A DNA stretch of 64,000 bases, from NCBI GenBank assembly GCA_937872895.1, contig CALMUP010000003.1, forward strand, positions 72,170 to 136,169. Reading direction: 5' to 3'. The translations under genes were made by a program, and so were the position numbers. This document shows positions 30,521 through 41,994 of this stretch, one piece after another. Origin of the DNA: an uncultured Verrucomicrobiota bacterium (GTDB taxonomy: Bacteria; Verrucomicrobiota; Kiritimatiellia; CAIVKH01). How positions within the stretch are numbered: the first letter of the stretch is position 1; every line of letters starts with the position of its first letter. The notes beneath the pieces were generated by a model. The model worked only from the letters and a program-made list of their open reading frames with translations, searched no databases and was not told the DNA's origin.

Positions 30521-30793
30521 ATGATTCCGTTTCTGAAGGAACCTGACAAAGTGAATCCGGGCACCCAGGCCGCCATCGGCCTCGGGTACCAGATGCTCGC
30601 GGCCATGGGCGTCTTCGTCGGCGGCGGCTGGTACCTCGATCACCGGCGCGGGGGCGGGCATCTTTTCACCCTGATCGGCGTCGCCCTCGCCTTCGTGTAC
30701 GGCGGTTACGAGGTCTGGAAACTCGTACGCATGATGAACCGCGAGGAGGAGGAACGCCAGAAACGCCCTCCGGAACCCCCGAAACCAACCTGA
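30521..30793 (+). CDS. AtpZ/AtpI-like small membrane protein preceding the ATP synthase operon
   Basis: Two TM helices with Gly-rich pattern AIGLGYQMLAAMGVFVGGGWYLDHRR...LIGVALAFVYGGYEVW typical of AtpZ. Antisense ORF 30380..31084 rejected. Confidence 0.6.
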   Translation: MIPFLKEPDKVNPGTQAAIGLGYQMLAAMGVFVGGGWYLDHRRGGGHLFTLIGVALAFVYGGYEVWKLVRMMNREEEERQKRPPEPPKPT

Positions 30794-30797
30794 TCCC

Positions 30798-31220
30798 TTG
30801 TCACGCATCGAACGCACGTCCGTCCTGGTCTTCAGCCTGGCCCTTGCCTGCCTGGTGGCCCATTTCATTCTCGCCGATGGCATCCAACCCGATGTGATCT
30901 GGGGATGGGCCGCCGGATCGGCGGTCATGGCCCTGTGCGCCGGCCTGGTCGCCCGGGCCGCCTGCCGCACCCAACCCGGTTTAAACACCCTCGCCCTGGT
31001 CACCATCTTTGCCCGCCTGTTCAGCTTGATTATTTTGATCGTTATAGTATTAGTGGGGGGCTTTTTGCGTCTGGAACCATTCATTACCGGACTCTTAAGT
31101 ACTTATTTTATAGGGAGTTGGATCGAAATTCGCGCCCTGCTTCGGAACGTGCCGGAAGCTGCGGGGGGTGATCGTTCGATCGACAAGCATCATGGCGGCA
31201 GCGGAAACCATAGCGGTTGA
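30798..31220 (+). CDS. ATP synthase protein I-like membrane protein (TTG start)
   Basis: Approx 4 TM helices, position between atpZ-like gene and atpB. Track gives a TTG start. C-terminal approx 25 aa overlaps atpB and may be a mis-extension. Confidence 0.45.
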   Translation: MSRIERTSVLVFSLALACLVAHFILADGIQPDVIWGWAAGSAVMALCAGLVARAACRTQPGLNTLALVTIFARLFSLIILIVIVLVGGFLRLEPFITGLLSTYFIGSWIEIRALLRNVPEAAGGDRSIDKHHGGSGNHSG

Positions 31221-31989
31221 GGGTGTGGACAAGGCGAAGCTTGTACAGGATTACATCATGTACAAGGTGGCCGACCACCCCTACTGGAAGACCCCGTTCG
31301 GCAAGGTTTACCTCGACAACCTCAACCTGACCTCGCACGGGCTGATGCTGATCTTCGCCAGCCTGTTCATGATCCTGATCTTCGGGTTGCTCTACCGCAA
31401 AAAGGATCCGGTTCCGCGCGGCTTCACCAACCTGCTCGAGGTGCTGATCCTGTTCGTGCGCGACAAGATCGCCATCGCGAACCTGGGCGAACACGACGGC
31501 CGCAAGATGGCCCCGCTGTTCCTGTCCCTGTTCTTCTTCATCCTGTTCCTGAACCTGATGGGCCTGATCCCGATCTTCACCAGCGCCACCGGCAATGTGA
31601 ACGTGACCGCCGGCCTGGCCCTGGTGACCCTGACCGTGATGATCGGCGGAGCGATCTACAAGAACGGGCTGATGGGCTTCATCCATGCCTTCATCCCGCA
31701 CGGCGTGCCGTGGCCGGTCATGATTTTGCTGATCCCGATCGAGATCATGGGCATGTTCATCAAGGCCTTCGCGCTGACCATGCGTCTGTTCGCCAACATG
31801 CTGGCCGGCTCCATCGTCGTCTATTCCATCATCGGCCTGGTCATCGTGTTCGGAGCGGCCGGCGCGCCCTCCCTCCTGCTTGGCGTGGCCATCTACTGCC
31901 TGAAGGTCTTCGTCGCCTTCCTGCAGGCCTTTGTCTTTACGTTGCTGTCGGCGTTGTTCATCAACCAGATTCATCATCCGGCCCATTGA
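31192..31989 (+). CDS. atpB: F0F1 ATP synthase subunit a
   Basis: Conserved a-subunit helix with essential Arg (ALTMRLFANMLAG) and multi-TM topology. Start uncertain (31168/31192/31258). Confidence 0.85.
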   Translation: MAAAETIAVEGVDKAKLVQDYIMYKVADHPYWKTPFGKVYLDNLNLTSHGLMLIFASLFMILIFGLLYRKKDPVPRGFTNLLEVLILFVRDKIAIANLGEHDGRKMAPLFLSLFFFILFLNLMGLIPIFTSATGNVNVTAGLALVTLTVMIGGAIYKNGLMGFIHAFIPHGVPWPVMILLIPIEIMGMFIKAFALTMRLFANMLAGSIVVYSIIGLVIVFGAAGAPSLLLGVAIYCLKVFVAFLQAFVFTLLSALFINQIHHPAH

Positions 31990-32060
31990 TGCGGCGACGG
32001 CGTGGCGTTGGAACGAAACAATAGTGACTGTGGTTAAGGTTAACATAAGGAGTACGTGAC

Positions 32061-32264
32061 ATGGGTTCGATATCCTCTATCGGTGCAGGGTTGGTGGTGA
32101 TTGGTGCCGCCTTGGGCATTGGCAAGCTGGCCGCTTCGGCCATGGATGGCATTTCCCGCCAGCCGGAAGCTGCCGCGAAGATCCAGACCGCGATGATCAT
32201 CGCCGCGGCGCTGATCGAAGGCGTTGCGCTGTTCGGCGCCGTCGTCTGCTTGCTGAACAAGTAA
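32061..32264 (+). CDS. atpE: F0F1 ATP synthase subunit c
   Basis: 67-aa hairpin proteolipid with GxGxGxG helix 1 and carboxylate (AALIEGVALF). AAGGAG RBS. Confidence 0.9.
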   Translation: MGSISSIGAGLVVIGAALGIGKLAASAMDGISRQPEAAAKIQTAMIIAAALIEGVALFGAVVCLLNK

Positions 32265-32294
32265 TCCGACCACCCTAACCAGCGAGGGGTCATC

Positions 32295-32843
32295 ATGGCC
32301 GACGAAACCACCTACCAAGGCACTATCGAAGTGCCGGCCGATCACGGTCACGCCGAGAAGCCGGGACCGATCGACGTGTCCGGCAAGATGATGGTGTTGA
32401 CCTATGTAACCTTCGCCATCACCGCCATCGTCCTGTACAAGGTCGCGTGGAAACCGATCCTCAACGCCCTCGACAAGCGTGAGGAGACCCTGCGCAAGGC
32501 GATGGAGGAGGCCGAGAAGACCCGGGCCGAGATGGCGGCGATCGACCAGACCCGCGCCCGGATCATCGAGGAAGCCGACAAGCGGGCCCGCGAGATCCTC
32601 GAACAGGCCCGCGTGGCCGCCGTGGAAACCGCGAAATCGCTGGAATCCAAGGCCCGCGAGGAGTCCCAGATCCTGCTGGAGAACGCCAAGCGCGAAATCC
32701 ACGCCGAACAGGACCGGGCCATGGCCAACCTGCGGAAGGAATCCGCCGAACTGGCCATCGACATCTCGCGCAAGCTGATCAAGGACAACCTCGACGAATC
32801 GCGCAGCCGCAAGCTCGCCGATTCGCTGATCAACGGAATCTGA
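32295..32843 (+). CDS. atpF: F0F1 ATP synthase subunit b
   Basis: Single N-terminal TM then long charged coiled coil. Operon position. Confidence 0.85.
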   Translation: MADETTYQGTIEVPADHGHAEKPGPIDVSGKMMVLTYVTFAITAIVLYKVAWKPILNALDKREETLRKAMEEAEKTRAEMAAIDQTRARIIEEADKRAREILEQARVAAVETAKSLESKAREESQILLENAKREIHAEQDRAMANLRKESAELAIDISRKLIKDNLDESRSRKLADSLINGI

Positions 32844-32847
32844 CCCC

Positions 32848-33387
32848 ATGTCGCACTCCGTCGCGTCACGCCGCTACGCCAAGGCGCTCTACCTCCTGGC
32901 CCGCGAACAGCAGGCCCTGGAACCGGTACGCGCCGACCTCGAGGCGTTGACCGACCTGACGGAAACCTCGCGCGAATGGAAGCTGTTCGTCGAGACCCCG
33001 GTCGGGGCCCTGGCCATGCGCGGCCAAATCCTCGATACGCTGTTCGCCGGCAAGCTGCACGCCACCACCCTGCGTTTCCTGCATTTCATCGACAGCAAAC
33101 GCCGGATGAACCTGCTGGCCGCGATCCAGCAGGCCTGGATGGCGCTCTACGACGACGAACTCGGCATCCGCCGCGCCACCGCCGTCTCGGCCATCCCGCT
33201 CGACGCCGACCAGCAGAAGGCCCTCGCCCAACGCCTGTCGGCCCGCCTGGATGCCCGGGTGATCCTGACCTGCACCGTGGACCCGGACCTGATCGGCGGC
33301 ATCCGCGTGCTGATCGGCGACCAGGTGCTGGACTTCAGCATCCACAGCCAGCTTGACGCCCTGAAGAAACGACTGATTTACGCATAG
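32848..33387 (+). CDS. atpH: F0F1 ATP synthase subunit delta
   Basis: OSCP/delta family N-terminus ([14 protein letters not shown]). Operon position. Confidence 0.85.
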   Translation: MSHSVASRRYAKALYLLAREQQALEPVRADLEALTDLTETSREWKLFVETPVGALAMRGQILDTLFAGKLHATTLRFLHFIDSKRRMNLLAAIQQAWMALYDDELGIRRATAVSAIPLDADQQKALAQRLSARLDARVILTCTVDPDLIGGIRVLIGDQVLDFSIHSQLDALKKRLIYA

Positions 33388-33403
33388 ACGGGAACGACAC
33401 ACC

Positions 33404-34918
33404 ATGACCATCCAACTGAAACCCGAAGAAGTATCCGCCGTCCTCAAGAAACAACTCGAGGACTTCGGCATCAACGAGCAGAACTACGAGATCGGCTCGG
33501 TGCTGAGCATCGGCGACGGCATCGCCCGCGCCCACGGCCTCTCCAGCGTGATGGCCGGCGAGCTGGTCGAATTCGCCAGCGGCGTCATGGGCATGGCCCT
33601 GAACCTCGAGGAGGACAACGTCGGTATCGCGATCTTCGGCGAGGACACCCTGATCCGCGAAGGCGACGCGGTGAAGCGCACCGGCACCATCGCCTCCGTG
33701 CCGGTCGGCGACAGCCTGGTCGGCCGCATCGTCGACGCCCTCGGCAACGCCATCGACGGCGGCGCGCCGATCCCGACCCGCGAGATGCGCCCGATCGAAG
33801 TGAAGGCCCCCGGCATCATCGAACGCCAGGACGTCAAGGAACCGATGCAGACCGGCACGAAGGTCATCGACGCCCTGACCCCGATCGGCCGCGGCCAGCG
33901 CGAACTGATCATCGGCGACCGCAAGACCGGCAAGACCGCCATCGCCATCGACACCATCATCAACCAGCGCAACGAGAACGTGCACTGCTTCTACGTCGCC
34001 ATCGGCCAGAAGCGCTCGACCGTCGTCCAGGTCTACGAGAAGCTGAAGAAGTACGGCGCGATGGAGTACACCACCATCATCGCCGCCACCGCCTCCGACC
34101 CGGCGACCATGCAGTTCCTCGCCCCCTACACCGGCTGCACGATGGCCGAGTACTACCGCGACAGCGGCCGCCACGCCCTGATCATCTACGACGACCTGAC
34201 CAAGCAGGCCCAGGCCTACCGCCAGCTCTCGCTGCTGCTCCGCCGCCCGCCCGGCCGCGAAGCGTTCCCCGGCGACATCTTTTATCTCCACAGCCGCCTG
34301 CTCGAGCGCGCGGCCAAGATGAGCGCCGCCAAGGGCGGCGGCTCCCTGACCGCCCTGCCCATCATCGAAACCCAGGCGAACGACGTCTCGGCCTACATCC
34401 CGACCAACGTGATCTCGATCACCGACGGCCAGATCTTCCTCGAGTCCGACCTGTTCAACGCCGGCCAGCGCCCGGCCATGAACGCCGGCCTCTCCGTCTC
34501 GCGCGTCGGTGGCGACGCCCAGGTGAAGGGCATGAAGCAGACCGCCGGCTCCCTGCGCCTCGAACTCGCCCAGTACCGCGAGCTCGCCGCCTTCTCCCAG
34601 TTCGCCTCGGACCTCGATCCGGCCACCCGCAAGCAGCTCGAACGCGGCAAACGCCTGATGGAGATCATGAAGCAGGGCATCCACCAGCCACTGTCCGTGG
34701 CCAAGCAGGTCGCCATCATCTACGCCGGTACCAACGGCTACCTCGATGACATCCCGGTGGACAAGGTCCGCGACTTCGAGACCAAGCTGCACCAGGCCAT
34801 GGACGGCGCCTTCGCCTCCGTCGCCCGCCTGTTCACCGAGCAGAAGGCCATGACCGACGAGGTCAAGAAGGCCTTCAACGACATGCTCACCGAATTCAAG
34901 CGCACCTACGGAAAGTAA
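33404..34918 (+). CDS. atpA: F0F1 ATP synthase subunit alpha
   Basis: P-loop GDRKTGKT and alpha-specific motifs. Confidence 0.95.
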   Translation: MTIQLKPEEVSAVLKKQLEDFGINEQNYEIGSVLSIGDGIARAHGLSSVMAGELVEFASGVMGMALNLEEDNVGIAIFGEDTLIREGDAVKRTGTIASVPVGDSLVGRIVDALGNAIDGGAPIPTREMRPIEVKAPGIIERQDVKEPMQTGTKVIDALTPIGRGQRELIIGDRKTGKTAIAIDTIINQRNENVHCFYVAIGQKRSTVVQVYEKLKKYGAMEYTTIIAATASDPATMQFLAPYTGCTMAEYYRDSGRHALIIYDDLTKQAQAYRQLSLLLRRPPGREAFPGDIFYLHSRLLERAAKMSAAKGGGSLTALPIIETQANDVSAYIPTNVISITDGQIFLESDLFNAGQRPAMNAGLSVSRVGGDAQVKGMKQTAGSLRLELAQYRELAAFSQFASDLDPATRKQLERGKRLMEIMKQGIHQPLSVAKQVAIIYAGTNGYLDDIPVDKVRDFETKLHQAMDGAFASVARLFTEQKAMTDEVKKAFNDMLTEFKRTYGK

Positions 34919-34924
34919 GCGGCC

Positions 34925-35812
34925 ATGCCCTCGCTGAAGGAATACAAGGCCAAGCTGGCCAGCCTGAAGAACACGCGCAAGATGACCAAGACCATGAAGA
35001 TGGTCTCGGCCAGCAAGCTGTACAAGACCATGGACGCCCAACGCAAGGCGTCGGCCATGGCCGAACAGCTCAAGCGCATGATCAGCAACCTGGCCGGTTC
35101 GGTCGACCCGGCGAGCAGCCCGCTCTTCCAGAAACGCCCGAACCCCCGCCGCATCCTCGTCCTGCTCATCACTTCGGACAAGGGCCTGTGCGGCGGCTTC
35201 AACAACAACCTGATCAAGTTCGCCGCCCGCTGGATGGCCGCCCCCGACCGCGAAGGCCAGGACATCACGCTGTCCTGCTGCGGCCGCCGCGGCCACCTGT
35301 TCTTCCGCTCGCGCAAGAACATCCACCGCTTCTACGACGGCGTGACCCAGAAGCCCGGCTACCACCATGCCGAGGAGATCGGCGCCGACCTCCGCCGCGA
35401 ATTCACCGGCGGCGCGTTCGACGAGGTCTACCTCGCCTACAACCACTTCATCAACCCGATCTCCCAGAAACCGGTGATGGAGAAGATCCTCCCCGTTGAA
35501 CCGCAGGAGATCGGGCCCGCCACCGGCACCCTCCCGGCCACCACGCTGCAGGCGAACTACCTGCTCGAACCCTCCCGCGAGGTCCTGCTCGAACGGCTGC
35601 TGCCGATGACCGTGAACTTCAAGATCTACTACGCGCTGCTCGAGAACGCCGCCGGCGAAAACGGCGCGCGCATGACCGCGATGGACAACGCGACCACCAA
35701 CGCGAGCAAGCTGATCGACCTCTACACGCTGCTGCGCAACCGCGCCCGCCAGGCCGCGATCACCAAGGAACTGATTGAAATCATATCCGGGGCGGAAGCC
35801 CTGAAGAGCTAG
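34925..35812 (+). CDS. atpG: F0F1 ATP synthase subunit gamma
   Basis: Gamma N- and C-terminal coiled-coil helices (MPSLKEYKAKLASLKNTRKMTKTMKMVSASKL ... ITKELIEIISGAEAL). Confidence 0.9.
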   Translation: MPSLKEYKAKLASLKNTRKMTKTMKMVSASKLYKTMDAQRKASAMAEQLKRMISNLAGSVDPASSPLFQKRPNPRRILVLLITSDKGLCGGFNNNLIKFAARWMAAPDREGQDITLSCCGRRGHLFFRSRKNIHRFYDGVTQKPGYHHAEEIGADLRREFTGGAFDEVYLAYNHFINPISQKPVMEKILPVEPQEIGPATGTLPATTLQANYLLEPSREVLLERLLPMTVNFKIYYALLENAAGENGARMTAMDNATTNASKLIDLYTLLRNRARQAAITKELIEIISGAEALKS

Positions 35813-37246
<1,434 letters not shown>

Positions 37247-37252
37247 CCCGTC

Positions 37253-37585
37253 ATGGCTTCCTTCCACCTCACCATCGTGTCCGCAAACGGAAAAGCCTTC
37301 GAGGGCGACATCGAATCCCTCGTGCTGCCCGGCGTGGACGGCGACTTCGGCATCCTCGCCGGCCACACCCCGCTGATCGCCGCGCTGCGCCAAGGCCTGG
37401 CCACGGTCATCCGCGACGGCCGCGAGCAGGTGTTCATGGTCGGTGAGGGCTATGTGGATGTCGCCAAGAACCGCGCCTCCGTCATGGTCGGCAACGCCCT
37501 CCCGGTCAAGGACCGCGACACCGGCCGCGACCTGCTGAAACAACCCCACCCATGGGACGCCGCCGCGGCCCTGCTGGAAACCTAG
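37253..37585 (+). CDS. atpC: F0F1 ATP synthase subunit epsilon
   Basis: Epsilon beta-sandwich N-terminus (SANGKAFEGDIESLVLPGVDGDFGILAGHTPLIAAL). Confidence 0.9.
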   Translation: MASFHLTIVSANGKAFEGDIESLVLPGVDGDFGILAGHTPLIAALRQGLATVIRDGREQVFMVGEGYVDVAKNRASVMVGNALPVKDRDTGRDLLKQPHPWDAAAALLET

Positions 37586-37594
37586 GAATACCCC

Positions 37595-37975
37595 ATGGAC
37601 CCGGTCGCCCTGCTGAAATGGCTCCACATCCTGTGCATGGTCGGCACCATCGGCGTGCTGCTCGCCGCCCAGGCCTGCTGCTCTCCCGACCACCGCAACA
37701 CCCCGGCCGCCTCGCGCACCACCGCCCGCCTGGCCAACATCCTGCTCGGCATCGGCCTGCTCGCCGGCTTCGCCTATTATTTCCTGACCGACGGCATGAC
37801 CCGCGGCGCCCACTACAACGGCGTCATCGGCATGAAGTTCGTCTTCCTGCTCGGCGCCGGCGCGCTGATCGGCATCAGCAAACGCACCGACCGCGGCGAC
37901 AGCCTGCGCTGGATCGCCTTCGGCCTCCTCGTCAGCGCCTCCCTGTTCGGAGTCACCCTGACCGCCGTCCCATGA
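37595..37975 (+). CDS. Hypothetical small membrane protein (4 TM) downstream of atpC
   Basis: Hydrophobic segments. 4-nt overlap with the next ORF. No motifs recognised. Confidence 0.4.
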   Translation: MDPVALLKWLHILCMVGTIGVLLAAQACCSPDHRNTPAASRTTARLANILLGIGLLAGFAYYFLTDGMTRGAHYNGVIGMKFVFLLGAGALIGISKRTDRGDSLRWIAFGLLVSASLFGVTLTAVP

Positions 37976-38277
37976 TGGAACGCCTCAAGCAGAAGTGGGG
38001 CATCCAGAGCTCGTTCCAGATCGTGCTGATCCTGATCGTGTTCTCCCTGGCCGGCATGGGCATCACCGCCGCCCGCAACCCGCTCTTCCACCTCCTCGGC
38101 CTCACCCCGGAAAAACCCCTGTGGCTGAAGATCATCGCGTACCTCGTCTTCGTGTTCCCGATGTACCAGGCCTTCCTGCTGATCTTCGGCACCCTGCTCG
38201 GCCAGTTCCGCTTCTTCTGGGAGAAGGAAAAGAAAATGGCCCAGTGGATCGGCCGCAAACTGTTCCGCATCGCCTGA
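37972..38277 (+). CDS. Hypothetical small membrane protein (2-3 TM)
   Basis: MMERLKQKWGIQSSFQIVLILIVFSLAGMGI... Starts at ATG 37972, in-frame C-terminal part of track ORF 37552..38277. Confidence 0.4.
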   Translation: MMERLKQKWGIQSSFQIVLILIVFSLAGMGITAARNPLFHLLGLTPEKPLWLKIIAYLVFVFPMYQAFLLIFGTLLGQFRFFWEKEKKMAQWIGRKLFRIA

Positions 38278-38338
38278 TCCCAACCCGGTCCGCAACCAGC
38301 ACTTGCCGTCGCCCTGGCAAACCCGTATCGTGGCACCC

Positions 38339-39175
38339 ATGACCGGATCCATCACGCAGGTAGCCTATCTCGGACCACGAGGCACCTTTTCCGAACTCGT
38401 CACCCGTAAACGGTTCGGCCGCACCATCGAGCACGTACCCATTCCCGGTATCTACGAGGTCTTCGAGTACGTGCGCGCCCACCGCAACGCGGTCGGGATC
38501 GTCCCGATTGAAAACTCCTCTGGCGGAACCATCTACGAAACCATTGATTGCCTGGTCGAGCCGCGCCGCCCGCTGGTCATGCTCGAGGAACTCTCCCTGA
38601 AGGTCCGCCTCGCCCTGCTCGGCCACCGCGGCGGCAAGATCCAGACCCTCTACTCCCACTTCGCCCCGATGCAGCATTGCGATCCGTGGATCCGCCAGAA
38701 CCTTCCCCGCGTCGAACGCAAGGAAGTGGTGTCCACCGCCCTCGCCGCGGAAACCGCCGCGAAGAACCCCCACGCCGCCGCCCTCGGCATGAAGCACGCG
38801 GCCAAACGCTACGGCCTCGACGTGCTCGAGTTCCCCGTTCAACCCGAGGTCCCCAACCTCACCCAGTTCGTTTGCATCGGCCACCGCCAGCACGCCCCGG
38901 AACGTGCCGACAAGACCAGCCTGATCGTCACCCTCCAGAACCGCCCCGGCAGCCTGTGCGAATTCCTCGAGGTCCTGCGCGACCACCAGGTCAACATGAC
39001 CCGCCTGCTCTCCCGCCACATCGTCGGCCAACCCAAGTCGTACGTGTTCTTCATCGACATCGAAGGCTCCCCGTCCACCGACCCGGTCAACCACGCCCTG
39101 CTGCGCGCCCGCCGCGTCGCCGAAAGCCTCCGCATCGCCGGCGCCTACCCCGTCCGCAAACCGTACCTGTCCTGA
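38339..39175 (+). CDS. pheA: Prephenate dehydratase
   Basis: PDT domain (VAYLGPRGTFSE, ESR/TRF-like motifs) plus C-terminal ACT domain (IVTLQNRPGSLCEFLEV). Confidence 0.8.
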   Translation: MTGSITQVAYLGPRGTFSELVTRKRFGRTIEHVPIPGIYEVFEYVRAHRNAVGIVPIENSSGGTIYETIDCLVEPRRPLVMLEELSLKVRLALLGHRGGKIQTLYSHFAPMQHCDPWIRQNLPRVERKEVVSTALAAETAAKNPHAAALGMKHAAKRYGLDVLEFPVQPEVPNLTQFVCIGHRQHAPERADKTSLIVTLQNRPGSLCEFLEVLRDHQVNMTRLLSRHIVGQPKSYVFFIDIEGSPSTDPVNHALLRARRVAESLRIAGAYPVRKPYLS

Positions 39176-39346
39176 TCCCGGCCCCCCGCCTCCGACCCGT
39201 TCCGCGTTCGCATTACCCCCGCATCGGGAGATCCCTGATATTCGCATACCGCGGAATTTCCCATGTTATTCGAGGTGGTGAAAAACTAGATTGATCGGAT
39301 GCCCCGACCGCGGGGAATACGGGTGGGATTGAAAACAACGGAAGTC

Positions 39347-41773
39347 ATGACTGCGTCGTCGCTGGTGCTGGCGGATACCTCGTCAGCAGTACCCGCAACC
39401 ATTTCCTGTGTGCATTGCGGCCTCGACTGCCCGCCGAATCCACCCACCCACGGCGACCACGCCTTCTGCTGCGCCGGGTGCCGCACCGTCTACCAGATCC
39501 TCCACGACCACGGCCTCGACCGCTTCTACACCATCGACGCCGCACCCGGCGTGCGCCCCCCCGACGCCCCGTCCTCCGACTACGCCGCCCTGGACCAGCC
39601 GGATGTCCGCCGCCGCGTCGTCGACTTCAGCAACGGCACCATCACCCGCGTCACCTTCCGCATCCCGGCCATGCACTGCGCCGCCTGCGTCTGGCTGCTC
39701 GAGAACCTCTACCGCCTCGTACCCGGCGTCGGCCGCTCCGAAGTGAATTTCCCGCGCAAGGAGGTGGCCATCCAGATCGAGGACGCCGCCGTCTCCCTGT
39801 CCGCCCTCGCTTCCCGCCTCGCCGCACTCGGCTACCCGCCCGAACTGAAACTCGACCGCATGGCCGGACTGACCCGGTCCACCGGACACCGCCGCCTGCT
39901 GCTCCAGATCGGCATCGCCGGCTTCGCCTTCGGCAACGTGATGATGATGAGCTTCCCGTCGTACCTCGGCCTCGATCCGCAGCGCGACGCCCTGCTCTTC
40001 CAACTCTTCGGCTACGCCAGCCTCGCCCTCGCCATCCCGGTCCTGCTCTTCAGCGCCCAGGACTACTACCGCTCGGCCTGGAACGGGTTGCGGCGCAAGA
40101 TCCTGACCATCGATTTCCCCCTCGCCCTCGGCATCAGTGCCCTGTTCGTCCAGAGCCTGGTCGACATCGTGCGCGGCGCCGGCGAAGGCTACCTCGACTC
40201 GTTCACCGGCCTGGTGTTCCTGCTGCTGTGCGGCAAATGGTTCCAGCGCCGCACCTACGATGCCCTCGCCTTCGACCGCGATTACCGCTCCTACTTCCCG
40301 CTGTCGGTGACCCGCCGGCGCGACGGCACGGACCAACCCGCCGCCCTGACCGACCTCGCCCCCGGCGACCGCATCCTCGTGCGCCACGGCGAGCTGATCC
40401 CCGCCGACGCGGTGTTGATCAGCGGCGACGCGCGCCTCGACTACAGCTTCGTCACCGGCGAATCGACCCCCGCCACCACCGCCCCCGGCGAACACGTCTA
40501 CGCCGGCGGCCGCCAGCTCGGCGGGGCCATCGAGGTCGACCTCGTCAAGGACGTGTCGCAAAGCTACCTGACCTCGCTGTGGAACAACGAGGCCTTTCGC
40601 AAGCCGCACGAACAGGACCTCCACGACCTGACCAACACCGCCGGCCGCTGGTTCACCGTCGCCGTGGTCCTGATCGCCGCCGCGACCGCGCTGTTCTGGT
40701 CGATCCACGACCCGTCGATGATCGCCCGCACCTTCAGCGCTGTGCTGATCGTCGCCTGCCCCTGCGCCCTCGCCCTCGCCGCCCCCTACACCTTCAGCAC
40801 CGCCCAGCGCCTGCTCGGCCAGGCCGGCCTGTTCCTGCGCGCCCCGCCGGTGGTCGAGGCCATGGCGAAGGTGAGCGATGTCGTGTTCGACAAGACCGGC
40901 ACGCTGACCCACGGCCCGACCGGCGCGGCGGAATTCGACGGTGCGCCGCTGACCCCCGACGAAGCGCTCCTGGTCGCCGCCCTCGCCGGGCAATCCTCCC
41001 ACCCGGTCGCCCAGGCCATCGCCCGCGCCCTGCCCGGCACCACCCGCCCCGACCTGGCCTCCTTCACCGAAACCCCCGGCGGCGGCATCCGCGGCACGGT
41101 TGCCGGCCGCGCCCTCGCCCTCGGCTCGGCGAGCTGGCTCGGCATCGACGTCCCCGACGGCCACGGCACCTGGCTGCTGCTCGACGGCGCGGTGCGCGGA
41201 CGCTTCACCGTCGGCCAACGCGAACGCGACGGCATCGCCTCCGTGCTCGACACCCTGCGCGGCCAAGACCACCGCCTCGCCCTGCTCTCCGGCGACCAGC
41301 CCGCCGCCGCCCCGCGCTTCCGCGCCCTGTTCGGCGACACCGCCGACCTCCGCTTCGCGCAATCGCCCCACGACAAACTCGCCTACGTGCAGGCCCGTCA
41401 GGCCGCCGGCGCCTCGGTGCTGATGGTCGGCGACGGCCTCAACGACGCCGGCGCGCTGAAGCAGAGCAACGTCGGCATCGCCGTCTCCGACAACGTCTCC
41501 CTGTTCTCCCCGGCCTGCGACGCCATCCTCGCCGGCCGCGCCCTGCCGCACCTCCCCGCCTTCCTGCACTTCGCCCGCCTCTCCACCCGCGTGCTCAAGG
41601 CCGCCTTCGCCGTCTCGCTCGCGTACAACGTCATCGGCGTCTCCTTCGCGGCCAGCGGCTACCTCTCGCCCCTCGTCTCCGCGGTCCTGATGCCGCTCAG
41701 CTCGTTTTCGGTCATCGGCTTCTCGCTGCTCGCCACCTCGTGGGCCGGCCGCCGCGCGGGGGTGACCCCGTGA
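39347..41773 (+). CDS. ccoI: Heavy-metal (copper) translocating P1B-type ATPase, cbb3 oxidase assembly CcoI/FixI-type
   Basis: N-terminal Cys-rich metal-binding region (CVHCGLDCPP...CCAGC). HMA-like domain. CPC transmembrane motif (IVACPCALALA). DKTGTLT. GDGLNDAGAL. Located at the head of the cco cluster. Confidence 0.85.
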   Translation: MTASSLVLADTSSAVPATISCVHCGLDCPPNPPTHGDHAFCCAGCRTVYQILHDHGLDRFYTIDAAPGVRPPDAPSSDYAALDQPDVRRRVVDFSNGTITRVTFRIPAMHCAACVWLLENLYRLVPGVGRSEVNFPRKEVAIQIEDAAVSLSALASRLAALGYPPELKLDRMAGLTRSTGHRRLLLQIGIAGFAFGNVMMMSFPSYLGLDPQRDALLFQLFGYASLALAIPVLLFSAQDYYRSAWNGLRRKILTIDFPLALGISALFVQSLVDIVRGAGEGYLDSFTGLVFLLLCGKWFQRRTYDALAFDRDYRSYFPLSVTRRRDGTDQPAALTDLAPGDRILVRHGELIPADAVLISGDARLDYSFVTGESTPATTAPGEHVYAGGRQLGGAIEVDLVKDVSQSYLTSLWNNEAFRKPHEQDLHDLTNTAGRWFTVAVVLIAAATALFWSIHDPSMIARTFSAVLIVACPCALALAAPYTFSTAQRLLGQAGLFLRAPPVVEAMAKVSDVVFDKTGTLTHGPTGAAEFDGAPLTPDEALLVAALAGQSSHPVAQAIARALPGTTRPDLASFTETPGGGIRGTVAGRALALGSASWLGIDVPDGHGTWLLLDGAVRGRFTVGQRERDGIASVLDTLRGQDHRLALLSGDQPAAAPRFRALFGDTADLRFAQSPHDKLAYVQARQAAGASVLMVGDGLNDAGALKQSNVGIAVSDNVSLFSPACDAILAGRALPHLPAFLHFARLSTRVLKAAFAVSLAYNVIGVSFAASGYLSPLVSAVLMPLSSFSVIGFSLLATSWAGRRAGVTP

Positions 41774-41994
41774 GCGTGATGGTCGTCCTCATCGCCGCCA
41801 GCGCCATCATCGGCCTCGGCTTCCTCGCCGTGTTCGTGTTCGCGGTGCGGCAGGGCCAGTTCGACGACACCTGGTCGCCGGCACGCCGCATGCTGATCGA
41901 TGACGACAAGGTGCCGCCGCCCGACGGCCGCCCGATCGATGTTTGCCAGGACGTAGACAGGAACGTGAAGGAAGGAAAGAAAACGTATGAGTAA
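41770..41994 (+). CDS. ccoS: cbb3-type cytochrome oxidase maturation protein CcoS/FixS
   Basis: Approx 70-aa single-TM protein VMVVLIAASAIIGLGFLAVFVFAVRQGQFDD. GTG/ATG start overlapping the ccoI stop. In-frame tail of track ORF 39415..41994. Confidence 0.7.
   Translation: MSVMVVLIAASAIIGLGFLAVFVFAVRQGQFDDTWSPARRMLIDDDKVPPPDGRPIDVCQDVDRNVKEGKKTYE

Noticed and set aside
30380-31084. 234-aa minus-strand ORF
   Set aside because: Antisense to the atpZ-like and atpI-like genes. The translation is basic and low-complexity without motifs.
39176-39346. FNR/ANR box upstream of the cco cluster
   Set aside because: Only a single TTGAT half-site (ttgatcgg) is present. No TTGAT-N4-ATCAA palindrome is present.
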